Virus record (IMG/VR): IMGVR_UViG_3300001282_000006
Length of the DNA: 43,871 nucleotides
From: a virus
Taxonomy: Duplodnaviria > Heunggongvirae > Uroviricota > Caudoviricetes
Direction: 5' to 3' (one strand)
Each line of letters begins with the position of its first letter. The stretch's first letter is position 1. A model generated the notes under the pieces. The model did not search any database and was not told where the DNA came from. It worked only from the letters and a program-made list of their open reading frames with translations. Shown here piece by piece: positions 1-9,243 of this stretch. Made by a program: the position numbers and the translations under genes.

Positions 1-2790
1 GTTCTTGAAAAAGAACCAAATGTTGGATTTGTTAATCATATTTCAAATAACAAAGACTATCAAGAGTGGTCCTTTGAATTAAATTATAAAATAATTGAAA
101 CGCCATATAGACAAGGCTGGGATCCAATTTTTAGAAAAGAAAGTTACAATCAAATACCAAACGAATTATCTTTCTTCTATGGTGATGATTATATCTACTC
201 TAAATTATATTCATCAGGAATGAAAGGTGCTTATGTTTTGAATTCCCCAATGCTTCACTTTGAAAGAGGTACCACAGTTGAAAAGGGGGGACAAAGAGAT
301 GCCTCTCCTGATGGCTCATTCTTTAGCCAATTAGATTTAGAATTTAAGGATATGTCTTTTGTTGAGGAATTAAGTAAATGGAAACCAGAATTTAGTTTTA
401 TTAAAGTGAAAAATTTATCTCTACATGATATCGGCTTAAAAAATAATACAGACAAGGCGACACATCATAACTTTCTTAATTTTTATGAATCTAAAATAGG
501 ACATTTAAAAAATGAAAAAATGAATTTATTAGAAATCGGCTTTTTAAGAGGTAATTCAATTAAAATGTGGTTAGAGTATTTTGTTAATGCCAATGTTTAT
601 TGTATAGATATTATTGATATTGATTTCACACATGAAAGATTTCATTATACAAAAATCTCTCAAGAGGATAAAGAATTAAAATTATTATTTAATGATAACT
701 TTTTTGATATAATAGTTGATGATGGCAGTCATATAACATCTCATCAATTAAAATCATTAGAATATTTATGGAGTAAATTAAAATATAAAGGATTCTACAT
801 TTTAGAAGACTTACATACATCTTTTAGATATGACTATATTGATACAGATGTCACACCATATCAAATTCTATCAAAAGAGAAAATGATTGACGAGTTGAAG
901 AATGTGGTGAGCGAAATGTCTAATATAGAAATATTTAATAAAGACCCAAATTCAAATTGGGATAGTGTTACATCTGTTATAAAAAAATGTGAGAAAATAA
1001 AAATATTTGACTTTTGTATTTTTAACAATGAGTTTGAAATACTAGATATTAGGTTAGAATATATGTCCAAATTTATAGACAAATTTTATGTTTGTGAAAT
1101 TGATATAACACACCAGTCCACTCCTAGTGAGTTTTATAGTCATGAATTTATTAAAAATTCAGAAATTGCAAAAAAATTAATAGAAGATGATAGATTAATT
1201 TTTGTAAGAATAAAAATTGAACCCTCAAATGAATATTTTTCAGTTGAGAAAAAACACAGAATTGAATTCTCAAACTGGGTTAGAAATAATATAAAAGAGG
1301 AATTTGTTGGAATTTTATCAGATTGTGATGAGATAATTTCACAAGATATAACAAATTATTTAAATGTAATTAAAAGTGTAACAAGATTAGATTTGAAAAT
1401 GTTCTACTTTACAGCTGATAATTATAGTTATTTACATCCTTGGAACTTTTTAGTAAAAGCCTTTCATAGTCAAAATTTAAAAGAATATGACTTTCAAACA
1501 ATAAGAGATATGTCAGTGACCAACATAATTAATAATATTGGTTGGCATTTTTCTTGCTTTGGTGGTATAAACCAAGTAATTGACAAAATAAAAAGTTACT
1601 CACATATTGAATATAATAATTTAGAAAATACAAAAAGAGATATACTTATTGATAGAGTATTGAATAGTAAAGATTATTTAGGAAGAGATGAATATCCATG
1701 TATAAAGTACAATATTGAAAACTATCCAGAAAGTCTAATAGAATTTCTAAAAGAAAAAAAACATCTTCTTTATATAGAAAGTCTATTAAAAAAAGAAAAT
1801 ATCAATATAAATAAAAAAACTTATATAACACATGTCACTAGAGATTACTTAGAAGTAGCTCTTAACCTAGCAAAATCAGTTAGTTTATTTTCTGATTTAC
1901 CACTATTGGTTTATTGTATAAATCTACAAGAAGAAGATAAACAAAAATTTGATGAATATAAAAATGTTCAACTTAGAAATATTGATTTAGATATTTCAGA
2001 AAGAACATCAGAAGATTACACATCAGTTGATTCTGGTAATTTCTATGTAAATAGATATAGTGAAAGAATTTATAATATTCTATGTGCTAAAACTATTGCT
2101 ATGGAAATGGCTTTAGAAGAAGGCTTTGATGAGGTTTGTTATTTAGACTCTGACTGTTTAGCAACACCTTTAGTTGATGAGTTATTTAATTGGATGCCTA
2201 TTGTAACTGATTATCCTATCGCAACTCAAGGAATTCATGAATATATGATTTGGATTGAAAATGGAGTTCAACACGGTAATCCATTTGCTGGTGGATCTTG
2301 GCCCATAGCTGATAATAAATTTTGTTTAGAATGGCCCTTGATGAGTTTCTTAGAAGTTGGTGAAAATGAAAGAGGTTCATATAGAACTACTGGTATAATG
2401 CTAATGAATCAAAAATGTTTACCTTTTATAAAAACTTGGAGAGAACTTTGTTTTATTTTACCTAAACTAGTTAATCTTAAAAAATATGCTACTTATCATG
2501 AAGAAACTGTTTATAATGTTCTTTCTTGGAAAAAAACAAATGTAGGATTTCCTCTTTGTTATGTTAATTTAGGAGAAGGTTTTGAAACAGTTAAACACTT
2601 TTATTCAGATGAAGCAATTGAAGGCAAAGCAAGATGGAGTAATGAAGATACTTCTCAAAATTTCTATAGAATTCCAGATAATAAAAGAGATACAAAAGTT
2701 CTACACGGTGAAAAAAGAACATCTGAAGTTAATTTAATTTTAGATTATTTAGTAAATCTTAAAGATAATAGTTATTTCAAAAGTGAATAA
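1..2790 (+). CDS. 5'-truncated multidomain glycan-modification protein: GT2-like tail, class I SAM O-methyltransferase, GT17 (MGAT3-like) domain and DxD glycosyltransferase domain
   Basis: Frame 1 is open from base 1 into the 220 ORF. Motifs: FYGDDYI; LLEIG..G / IIVDDGSH..ILEDLH; KIFDFCIFNNE..RLEY / LSDCDEI / GWHFS; CYLDSD. Confidence 0.7.
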   Translation, partial: VLEKEPNVGFVNHISNNKDYQEWSFELNYKIIETPYRQGWDPIFRKESYNQIPNELSFFYGDDYIYSKLYSSGMKGAYVLNSPMLHFERGTTVEKGGQRDASPDGSFFSQLDLEFKDMSFVEELSKWKPEFSFIKVKNLSLHDIGLKNNTDKATHHNFLNFYESKIGHLKNEKMNLLEIGFLRGNSIKMWLEYFVNANVYCIDIIDIDFTHERFHYTKISQEDKELKLLFNDNFFDIIVDDGSHITSHQLKSLEYLWSKLKYKGFYILEDLHTSFRYDYIDTDVTPYQILSKEKMIDELKNVVSEMSNIEIFNKDPNSNWDSVTSVIKKCEKIKIFDFCIFNNEFEILDIRLEYMSKFIDKFYVCEIDITHQSTPSEFYSHEFIKNSEIAKKLIEDDRLIFVRIKIEPSNEYFSVEKKHRIEFSNWVRNNIKEEFVGILSDCDEIISQDITNYLNVIKSVTRLDLKMFYFTADNYSYLHPWNFLVKAFHSQNLKEYDFQTIRDMSVTNIINNIGWHFSCFGGINQVIDKIKSYSHIEYNNLENTKRDILIDRVLNSKDYLGRDEYPCIKYNIENYPESLIEFLKEKKHLLYIESLLKKENININKKTYITHVTRDYLEVALNLAKSVSLFSDLPLLVYCINLQEEDKQKFDEYKNVQLRNIDLDISERTSEDYTSVDSGNFYVNRYSERIYNILCAKTIAMEMALEEGFDEVCYLDSDCLATPLVDELFNWMPIVTDYPIATQGIHEYMIWIENGVQHGNPFAGGSWPIADNKFCLEWPLMSFLEVGENERGSYRTTGIMLMNQKCLPFIKTWRELCFILPKLVNLKKYATYHEETVYNVLSWKKTNVGFPLCYVNLGEGFETVKHFYSDEAIEGKARWSNEDTSQNFYRIPDNKRDTKVLHGEKRTSEVNLILDYLVNLKDNSYFKSE

Positions 2791-3778
2791 AGTATTAATT
2801 CAAATAGATACATTTATACAATCTAAAGAATCTGAGGAGATTACAATAGAATGTATTAACAGAGTTAAAAATCTTGGTTTTCCAATTTTATTAACATCTC
2901 ATCTTGCTATTCCAGAATATATTTCTTTAATGTGTGATTACTGTGAGGTTGATTTAAATAATACATTGTTAGAACCTGATGGATCTATATCATATTTAAC
3001 ATTTGGTACTAATTTATTTTCAACTTCAATAGTATTAAATAATCCTGATCCTCATGCCCCGGCTTGTTTAACTAGTTTAATCAATGGTGCTAGATTTTGT
3101 AATAATAATGGTTTTGATTTTTTTGTTAGATTTGAATATGATTCGATTTTAAAAATTGAATATATCAACCATTTAAAATCAATAATAGAAACAGCATCAA
3201 TGTGTACAGGAATGGTTTTTAGTGGTAAAAACTGGATAGATGGTAAGATTATTATGTGTAAATCTAATGATTATATCAATTGCTTTGATAAGCAAATAAA
3301 CACTGGTGATGATTATATGAGATTTGTTTCAGATGAAGGTATTCCAAATCATGATAGAAGACATCTACAATCTGTTCAATATCAAATATTAGAAAAAAAT
3401 CAAATATTAAACCATATGATTCAACTACCTACTCATACAGTTGGATTATTTTTAGATAATGATTTTACCAAATCTAGAGTAAGAAATGTTGGTATTTTTA
3501 GACCGGCTTTTATTGTAAATGATAGTAATAAATTTGCTATAATTTGCCATGGTTGGGAAAAAGATATAGAATTTGAGTTTCAAATTTTGAAAAATGATGT
3601 TCCTGAATCTTTCTCTCATCATTTTATTTCAAATAGTGTTACCTATAAAACTTTTAACATTATTCCAGAAACTTTGTATAAAGTAATTTATATAAACCCA
3701 ATAACAGGCAGTATGGAAAATTGGGAATTTTCATCATCCAATGAACTTAAAAACATAGCAAAATTAGAATTAAGATAA
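2783..3778 (+). CDS. Hypothetical glycosyltransferase-like protein, paralog of 6352-7449
   Basis: 331 aa ORF inside the glycan operon. ILLTSH..I....CDY...D.NN.L motif shared with 6352-7449. Confidence 0.5.
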   Translation: MNKVLIQIDTFIQSKESEEITIECINRVKNLGFPILLTSHLAIPEYISLMCDYCEVDLNNTLLEPDGSISYLTFGTNLFSTSIVLNNPDPHAPACLTSLINGARFCNNNGFDFFVRFEYDSILKIEYINHLKSIIETASMCTGMVFSGKNWIDGKIIMCKSNDYINCFDKQINTGDDYMRFVSDEGIPNHDRRHLQSVQYQILEKNQILNHMIQLPTHTVGLFLDNDFTKSRVRNVGIFRPAFIVNDSNKFAIICHGWEKDIEFEFQILKNDVPESFSHHFISNSVTYKTFNIIPETLYKVIYINPITGSMENWEFSSSNELKNIAKLELR

Positions 3779-3779
3779 T

Positions 3780-4409
3780 ATGGCAAACGGAGTATATAAA
3801 ATAACAGAAGACTTTGAAAAAGCTCTTTCAGACTATACAGGAGCACCTTATGTAGTAACAGTTGATAATCAAAGTAACGCACTTTTTCTCGCTTTAATGT
3901 ATGAAAAAGCAGCAGGTATGGAAATCACTATACCATCAAGAACTTACCCTTCAGTTCCTTGTGAGATTATTCACGCAGGAGCTAAAGTAAAATTTAGACA
4001 AGTAGAAGGGAAAACAATCAAAGGTGCTTATCAATTAGAACCAACTAATGTTTGGGATTCTGCTTTAAGTTTTACTGCTGATATGTATAAACCAGGAACA
4101 CATATGTGTATCTCATTTACAGGACCTTACAAACACTTTAAGTTAAGTAAAGGTGGTGCTATTTTAACAGATAGTTTAGAAGCTTATCTTTGGTTCAAAA
4201 GAGCTAGATACTCAGGTAGAAGAGAGTGTTCTTATCATGATGATAATTTTGATATGTTAGGTTGGAACTTTTATATGATGCCTGAACTAGCGACAAGAGG
4301 TATGTTACTAATGGGTCAGTTTTATAATATGGATGGTACTAAAAAACATCAAGAAGATTTAGAACTTCCTTATCCTGATTTATCAAAATTCGAAATCTAT
4401 ACAAAATGA
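3780..4409 (+). CDS. DegT/DnrJ/EryC1/StrS-family PLP sugar aminotransferase, short form
   Basis: FEKALSDYTGAPYVV, TYPSVPCEIIHAGAK, SFTGPYK (PLP lysine position), GGAILT, GWNFYM. Confidence 0.75.
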   Translation: MANGVYKITEDFEKALSDYTGAPYVVTVDNQSNALFLALMYEKAAGMEITIPSRTYPSVPCEIIHAGAKVKFRQVEGKTIKGAYQLEPTNVWDSALSFTADMYKPGTHMCISFTGPYKHFKLSKGGAILTDSLEAYLWFKRARYSGRRECSYHDDNFDMLGWNFYMMPELATRGMLLMGQFYNMDGTKKHQEDLELPYPDLSKFEIYTK

Positions 4410-4990
4410 GATATGATTTTATAGAAATAGGAACTTCTGATTTTGATACTCTTTTAGAATCAAGTACAACTGAAATAGGTTTATCAATTGAACCACTTAA
4501 AATATATTTAGACAATCTACCCAATAAAGATACAGTTATTAAGGTAAATTGTGCTATAAGTGATAAAGATGGAATGGTAGATGTTTATTGGATAGATCCT
4601 AAAGATATAGAAAATTATGATTTACCTAGATGGTTAAAAGGTTGTAACTCAATAATCAAACCACACACATCAACAGTTAAAGAATTAAAAGATAGAAATC
4701 TTGAACACATCTATAAAAAAACAGAGTGTAAATGTTTAACCTGGAATAGTATTGTGGATATCTATGATATTAAATATGTAGAATATCTAAAAATAGATAC
4801 TGAAGGTCATGATTGCTTTATTATTAATAATATCTTAGATTCAAATACAACTTTACCTAAAAAAATACTATTTGAGAACAATATACTTTCTGATGAAAAT
4901 CATGTATTGACTACTTTAGAAAGATTAAAAAAATATGGATATACTGTCACAAGTCGTGGAGATTTTGACATTTTAGTTGAGAAATTATGA
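4406..4990 (+). CDS. FkbM-family methyltransferase
   Basis: FIEIGT, IEP, YLKIDTEGHD, ILFEN. Confidence 0.75.
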   Translation: MRYDFIEIGTSDFDTLLESSTTEIGLSIEPLKIYLDNLPNKDTVIKVNCAISDKDGMVDVYWIDPKDIENYDLPRWLKGCNSIIKPHTSTVKELKDRNLEHIYKKTECKCLTWNSIVDIYDIKYVEYLKIDTEGHDCFIINNILDSNTTLPKKILFENNILSDENHVLTTLERLKKYGYTVTSRGDFDILVEKL

Positions 4991-5775
4991 AAGTAGATAA
5001 AATTATATTTTCTTCTGATGATTCAAATTATTTGAATTTTTGGAAGATAAACTCAGAAATAACTTTAAAGAAGCTAGGAATAACTCCTGTTTTATTTCAC
5101 ATAACAGATGAGGAAAGTGATTTTTATCAAGATGAATTTGGAATAGTTAAGAAAATTAAAAAAATACCAAATCACTCAACAGCTATACAATCACAAATTA
5201 TTAGAATGTATGCTACAAAATTTTTTCCAGATGAAATATGTCTAATAAATGACATAGATATGTTTTTATTTGACTTGGAATATCTAAATTCATGTATATC
5301 TGATAAAAATCATGATGATATTGTTATATTAACTAGTGATGCCTATGATAGTAATAGACCAGAATGTATAGGTGAATATTCTGGACCTGATAGATATCCT
5401 ATGTGTTATGTTGTAGCTAAAGGAAAAACGTTTAATAAAATATTAAACACTGATATTAACTTTGAGGAATATGTAAACAATGTACAATCTTGTGTTTCTT
5501 TATACGGAGGCGATGAAATTTATTTTGGAAGAATGGTTAATAATCAAACTCATACAAAAGTTCACAAAATAAAAAGAGGGATTTGCTCAAATTTTTATAC
5601 ACCCAGAAGAATTGAAAAATATATGTTTAGCAATTATACAAATAAAACTTTTATTTTTAATCTAAATGGAGTTTTTGATATTAAAAATTTCATAGATTGT
5701 CATTGTCCTTTTCCAGAAAATGAAACTCAAAGATTATTAATTGATAAAATTAAAAATATGATATTAAATGATTAA
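4987..5775 (+). CDS. Putative glycosyltransferase
   Basis: 262 aa, LINDIDMF DxD-like motif, operon context. Confidence 0.5.
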   Translation: MKVDKIIFSSDDSNYLNFWKINSEITLKKLGITPVLFHITDEESDFYQDEFGIVKKIKKIPNHSTAIQSQIIRMYATKFFPDEICLINDIDMFLFDLEYLNSCISDKNHDDIVILTSDAYDSNRPECIGEYSGPDRYPMCYVVAKGKTFNKILNTDINFEEYVNNVQSCVSLYGGDEIYFGRMVNNQTHTKVHKIKRGICSNFYTPRRIEKYMFSNYTNKTFIFNLNGVFDIKNFIDCHCPFPENETQRLLIDKIKNMILND

Positions 5776-6352
5776 ATCTTTAATTGGTAATGGTGGTCAC
5801 GCAAGAGAAGTTCAAGCTCAAATGGGTATTGAACTTTTTCGATTTGTAAGTGATGAATATTGGAAAGAAGGTGATAGTAAACTTTTACCCCTTTCTAAAT
5901 TCAATCCAGATAAGTATGTTGTCATGATAGCCGTTGCTGATTCTAAAGATAGAGAAGACATTGTAAAACAACTACCAGTAAATACTCAATATTTTAATTT
6001 TATACACCCAACTGCTCAATTAATGAGCAATGATATTACTATAGATGAAGGTTCATTTATAGGTGCTAATTCTATTATTACTTGTAATGTTAAGATTGGT
6101 AAACACGCCATATTAAATAGAGCTAATCACATTGGACACGATTGTAGAATAGGTGATTACTTTAGTGCGATGCCAGGATCTATTGTTTCTGGAAATGTTA
6201 ACTTAGGTAATAAAGTTTATTTAGGAACCAATTCATCAATTAGAGAAAAGATTACTATTTGTGATAATGTGACCATTGGATTAAATACTGGTATAGTCAA
6301 AGATATTAATATATCTGGAACTTATATTGGACAAAATACAAGAAAGTTATAA
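5768..6352 (+). CDS. Sugar O/N-acetyltransferase, PglD/NeuD family
   Basis: IGNGGHAREV, FIHPTA, hexapeptide repeats, IGHDC. Confidence 0.85.
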   Translation: MIKSLIGNGGHAREVQAQMGIELFRFVSDEYWKEGDSKLLPLSKFNPDKYVVMIAVADSKDREDIVKQLPVNTQYFNFIHPTAQLMSNDITIDEGSFIGANSIITCNVKIGKHAILNRANHIGHDCRIGDYFSAMPGSIVSGNVNLGNKVYLGTNSSIREKITICDNVTIGLNTGIVKDINISGTYIGQNTRKL

Positions 6353-7449
6353 TGAATAAAGATTTTTGTATAGTAGTATTTTCACATGCTAGTACAGTTG
6401 AAAGGGAAGAAATACTTTTTAAAAGTTTAACATCGATAAAAAAATTAAACTTAAAAGTAATATTAGCTTCTCATATTTCTGTTAGTGAAAGAAATCAAAA
6501 TCTATGTGATTATTTTATCAAAGATGATAACAATTTAATTGTTAATGAGTCAGATATATTAAACAACCCAGTTAATATAGAAGGTGATATTTTTAATACA
6601 ACCGATTATCTTGGAGGTCTTAGATTGGAAACTTATATTTATAAGAAATCTTATCAGGCTGGTGTTTTTAATCTTTATATAAGTGCTTTTAAACTAGCCA
6701 AACAAATAGGTTTTAAAAATGCCATTCTTTGGGAATATGATTATGAACTAGGTGACCAATCAGTCGATTTTTTTAATAAAAATATGGATTTAATGATTAA
6801 AGATAAATTGGAATCTATATCATTTCAAAGTATAATAACAATTCTTAATAACGATATTATACAATTTCAAATTAACTGTTGTTATGCTATTCCTGTGTTT
6901 TTTAATTTAGATAAATTTTTATCTATTGCTCCAGATAAATTTATAGAAAGTGGTAAAGAATATACTGAAATAAGTAAATTAATGATTATGGAACAATGGA
7001 TTAAAAGTAATATAATCAATAACTGTAATCCAAGATTGGAATATAGTTATGGTGATTATAAAAATTATCTACCTGATACACTAACTGCTCAAGTTCATTC
7101 TCAAGGTAGTAACTATTTATTTTTAGGTTTGAGAAGTGGTATTTATTTTAGTAATAATGGATGTATAGTTGCTTATAATAATAATACAAATAATTATTTA
7201 ACATCTGACATAACTATCTATGATTTACAAAATGAAAGTATTCTTTTTAAAAATAAGTTTGATTTACCACCAAATATATGGAGATACAACAATTTAGGTG
7301 AAAATATATTCAATATATTCAAGTCAGAATTAGGTTGTAAAGTTACTGAAACTGTTGAAGATGTTAACTCAGGTAATATAGATACTTTTGAATATATTAT
7401 AAATAAAGATAATATTGATTTTGTATCAAAATTAAAAAAATACTCATAA
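6352..7449 (+). CDS. Hypothetical glycosyltransferase-like protein, paralog of 2783-3778
   Basis: 365 aa. VILASHISV....CDYFIKDDNNLI; EYD motif shared with 2783. Confidence 0.5.
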   Translation: MNKDFCIVVFSHASTVEREEILFKSLTSIKKLNLKVILASHISVSERNQNLCDYFIKDDNNLIVNESDILNNPVNIEGDIFNTTDYLGGLRLETYIYKKSYQAGVFNLYISAFKLAKQIGFKNAILWEYDYELGDQSVDFFNKNMDLMIKDKLESISFQSIITILNNDIIQFQINCCYAIPVFFNLDKFLSIAPDKFIESGKEYTEISKLMIMEQWIKSNIINNCNPRLEYSYGDYKNYLPDTLTAQVHSQGSNYLFLGLRSGIYFSNNGCIVAYNNNTNNYLTSDITIYDLQNESILFKNKFDLPPNIWRYNNLGENIFNIFKSELGCKVTETVEDVNSGNIDTFEYIINKDNIDFVSKLKKYS

Positions 7450-7454
7450 AATAT

Positions 7455-8168
7455 ATGAAAACAGCACTTATTCTTTCAGGTCAATTTAGAGAAGCCAAAC
7501 ATTGTTACAAAGGATTTAAAGAAAATATATTAGATATTTATAATCCTGATGTTTTTATTAGCACTTGGACTAATCCATTAAATATAACACCAGCTGGTTG
7601 GTATGGTAATTATCAAAAAGACGACTGTTCATTACAAGATATTATAGAAATGTATAATCCAAGATCAATTGAGCTAGAAACATTTGACAATGATGATTAT
7701 AAACCATTTAAAAAAATGGGTGATAAATTAGATTCTAAAATTAATTACGAAACTAGATCAACAAATGTTAATGCTATGTGGTATAAAAGATATCGATCTA
7801 ATTTATTAAGAAATCAATTTGAAGAATTAAATAATTTTAAATATGATGTTGTTATTTCATCAAGATTTGATTTAGAAATTTTAGAACCTTTGAGTTTTGA
7901 ATTAAAAGGAAGTGAACTTTTAATACCTATTGGGTTTGATTGGTGTCAAGGAATAAGTGATTTATTTGCTGTAGGTAACTCCGATACAATGAATGAATAT
8001 TTTGATGTATATAATTTAATGGAGTACTATAGATTGGAAAAAGATGTACATGCTTGTCCTGAATCAGTGATGAAATATCATGTTTATCATAAAAATTTTG
8101 AACTTAATAGATTCTTATTAAAGTGTAGACTTAGAGGATCAAATGTATGGGAATCTGCTTTAAGTTAA
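7455..8168 (+). CDS. Putative glycosyltransferase of a phage/NCLDV-type family
   Basis: KTALILSGQFR, DVFISTW, YDVVISSRFDL, SDLFAVG, PE..MKYH pattern. Confidence 0.55.
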   Translation: MKTALILSGQFREAKHCYKGFKENILDIYNPDVFISTWTNPLNITPAGWYGNYQKDDCSLQDIIEMYNPRSIELETFDNDDYKPFKKMGDKLDSKINYETRSTNVNAMWYKRYRSNLLRNQFEELNNFKYDVVISSRFDLEILEPLSFELKGSELLIPIGFDWCQGISDLFAVGNSDTMNEYFDVYNLMEYYRLEKDVHACPESVMKYHVYHKNFELNRFLLKCRLRGSNVWESALS

Positions 8169-8245
8169 ATATTTTTATTATTTTTGTAAAAAAATATCAA
8201 AAGAGATAAAAACTTTTTAATATATACACATACAATAAAATATAT

Positions 8246-8317
8246 TGCGGGGTAGAGCAGGGGTAGCTCGCTAGGCTCATAACCTAGAGGTCGGAGGTTC
8301 GAATCCTTCCCCCGCTA
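8246..8317 (+). tRNA. tRNA-fMet (CAT)
   Basis: Cloverleaf; anticodon arm ctagg-ctCATaa-cctag; mismatched 1:72 pair. Confidence 0.9.
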
Positions 8318-8335
8318 CTAAAAAAATAAAAAATA

Positions 8336-8367
8336 TTTGGTGAATTGAAATTGTCACCGTATATTTG
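8336..8367 (+). promoter_or_regulatory. Bacteroidota-type primary-sigma promoter for leader 1
   Basis: TTTG (8336) - 20 nt - TATATTTG (8360). Confidence 0.75.
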
Positions 8368-8400
8368 TAAAAGAATTAAAAACTATAAAAAACTAAAACA

Positions 8401-8478
8401 ATGACAACAATTACTAACATAGCGTATTATTATGAGGGAGAGCGTGGCTCAAACGTCAGACTAATGTCTATGTCGTAA
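8401..8478 (+). CDS. Leader peptide 1, MTTITNIAYYYEGERGSNVRLMSMS (Tyr/Glu sensor)
   Basis: 25-codon ORF between promoter and terminator; TAT TAT TAT GAG GGA GAG; GTCAGACT (8455-8462) complementary to the terminator 5' arm. Confidence 0.8.
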   Translation: MTTITNIAYYYEGERGSNVRLMSMS

Positions 8479-8500
8479 TGGAATCATTATGATATTAACT

Positions 8501-8532
8501 AACCCAGTCTGACTTATCAGACTGGGTTTTTT
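8501..8532 (+). terminator. Intrinsic terminator of attenuator 1
   Basis: aacccagtctga-ctta-tcagactgggtt followed by a T run. Confidence 0.9.
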
Positions 8533-8547
8533 GTTTTAAATTAAATT

Positions 8548-8638
8548 GGGAGTGTAACGTCAGCGGCATGTAAGCCGCCCCTCGTAAATATATGGCGTAT
8601 GGCTTGAGGTAACTAGTGTTCGAATCCTGGTACTCCCA
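8548..8638 (+). ncRNA. Atypical tRNA-like gene (no D arm, GTA in a 6-nt loop)
   Basis: Acceptor gggagtg/tactccc, GTTCGAATC T loop, hairpin gcggc-atGTAa-gccgc, long extra arm. Confidence 0.55.
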
Positions 8639-8644
8639 CAAAAT

Positions 8645-8716
8645 GGTCCTGTCGACTAATGGTCAGGTCAACACCCTTTCAAGGTGTAGATGCGGGTTCG
8701 ATCCCCGTCGGGACTA
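8645..8716 (+). tRNA. tRNA-Glu (TTC)
   Basis: Cloverleaf; acacc-ctTTCaa-ggtgt. Confidence 0.92.
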
Positions 8717-8723
8717 CAAATAT

Positions 8724-8806
8724 GGGAATGATGTGACACAGGTAGTCACGCTAGTCTGTAAAACTAGTGCCTTCGGGCGTTGCGAGTTCGAGTCTCGCCA
8801 TTCCCA
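8724..8806 (+). tRNA. tRNA-Tyr (GTA)
   Basis: ctagt-ctGTAaa-actag; long variable arm. Confidence 0.92.
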
Positions 8807-8824
8807 CAAAAAAATTAACAAATG

Positions 8825-8855
8825 TTTGGATAATTAAAAAATATCCTTATCTTTG
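8825..8855 (+). promoter_or_regulatory. Bacteroidota-type promoter for the second Glu/Tyr pair
   Basis: TTTG (8825) ... TATCTTTG (8848). Confidence 0.75.
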
Positions 8856-8871
8856 TAAAAGAATAAAAAAT

Positions 8872-8943
8872 GGTCCGTTAGTGAAGCGGTTAACACGCTG
8901 CCCTTTCACGGCAGAGGCACGGGTTCGAATCCCGTACGGACTA
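8872..8943 (+). tRNA. tRNA-Glu (TTC)
   Basis: ctgcc-ctTTCac-ggcag. Confidence 0.93.
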
Positions 8944-8949
8944 CAATAT

Positions 8950-9032
8950 TGGAAGGTGGGTGAGTGGTTAAAACCGACAGACTGTAAATCTGTTCTCGCA
9001 AGAGTACGGGGGTTCGAATCCCTCCCTTCCAA
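8950..9032 (+). tRNA. tRNA-Tyr (GTA)
   Basis: acaga-ctGTAaa-tctgt; long variable arm. Confidence 0.93.
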
Positions 9033-9098
9033 CAAAAATTAAAAATAACTAAAAAGGGAGTTAAAACTTTTTATATATACATTAATATAATTAAAACG

Positions 9099-9179
9099 AT
9101 GAAAAATTTAAATAACATATCAACAGCGAAAATAGGAGGCGGCGCGGGAGCGAATGTCACTGGCTGGATTATGTTGTAA
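9099..9179 (+). CDS. Leader peptide 2, MKNLNNISTAKIGGGAGANVTGWIML (Ile/Gly/Ala sensor)
   Basis: ATA GGA GGC GGC GCG GGA GCG run; TGGCTGGATT (9161-9170) can pair with the terminator 5' arm. Confidence 0.8.
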   Translation: MKNLNNISTAKIGGGAGANVTGWIML

Positions 9180-9202
9180 TTTTTTATCAAAAGAATTAAA
9201 CG

Positions 9203-9234
9203 AAACCCAGTCAATCAAATGACTGGGTTTTTTT
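9203..9234 (+). terminator. Intrinsic terminator of attenuator 2
   Basis: aaacccagtca-atcaaa-tgactgggttt followed by a T run. Confidence 0.9.
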
Positions 9235-9243
9235 ATTTTATAT

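Noticed and set aside
8616-9042. ORF-track calls 8616-8837, 8767-9042 and 8847-9035
   Set aside because: They overlap tRNA genes on either strand; shadow ORFs.
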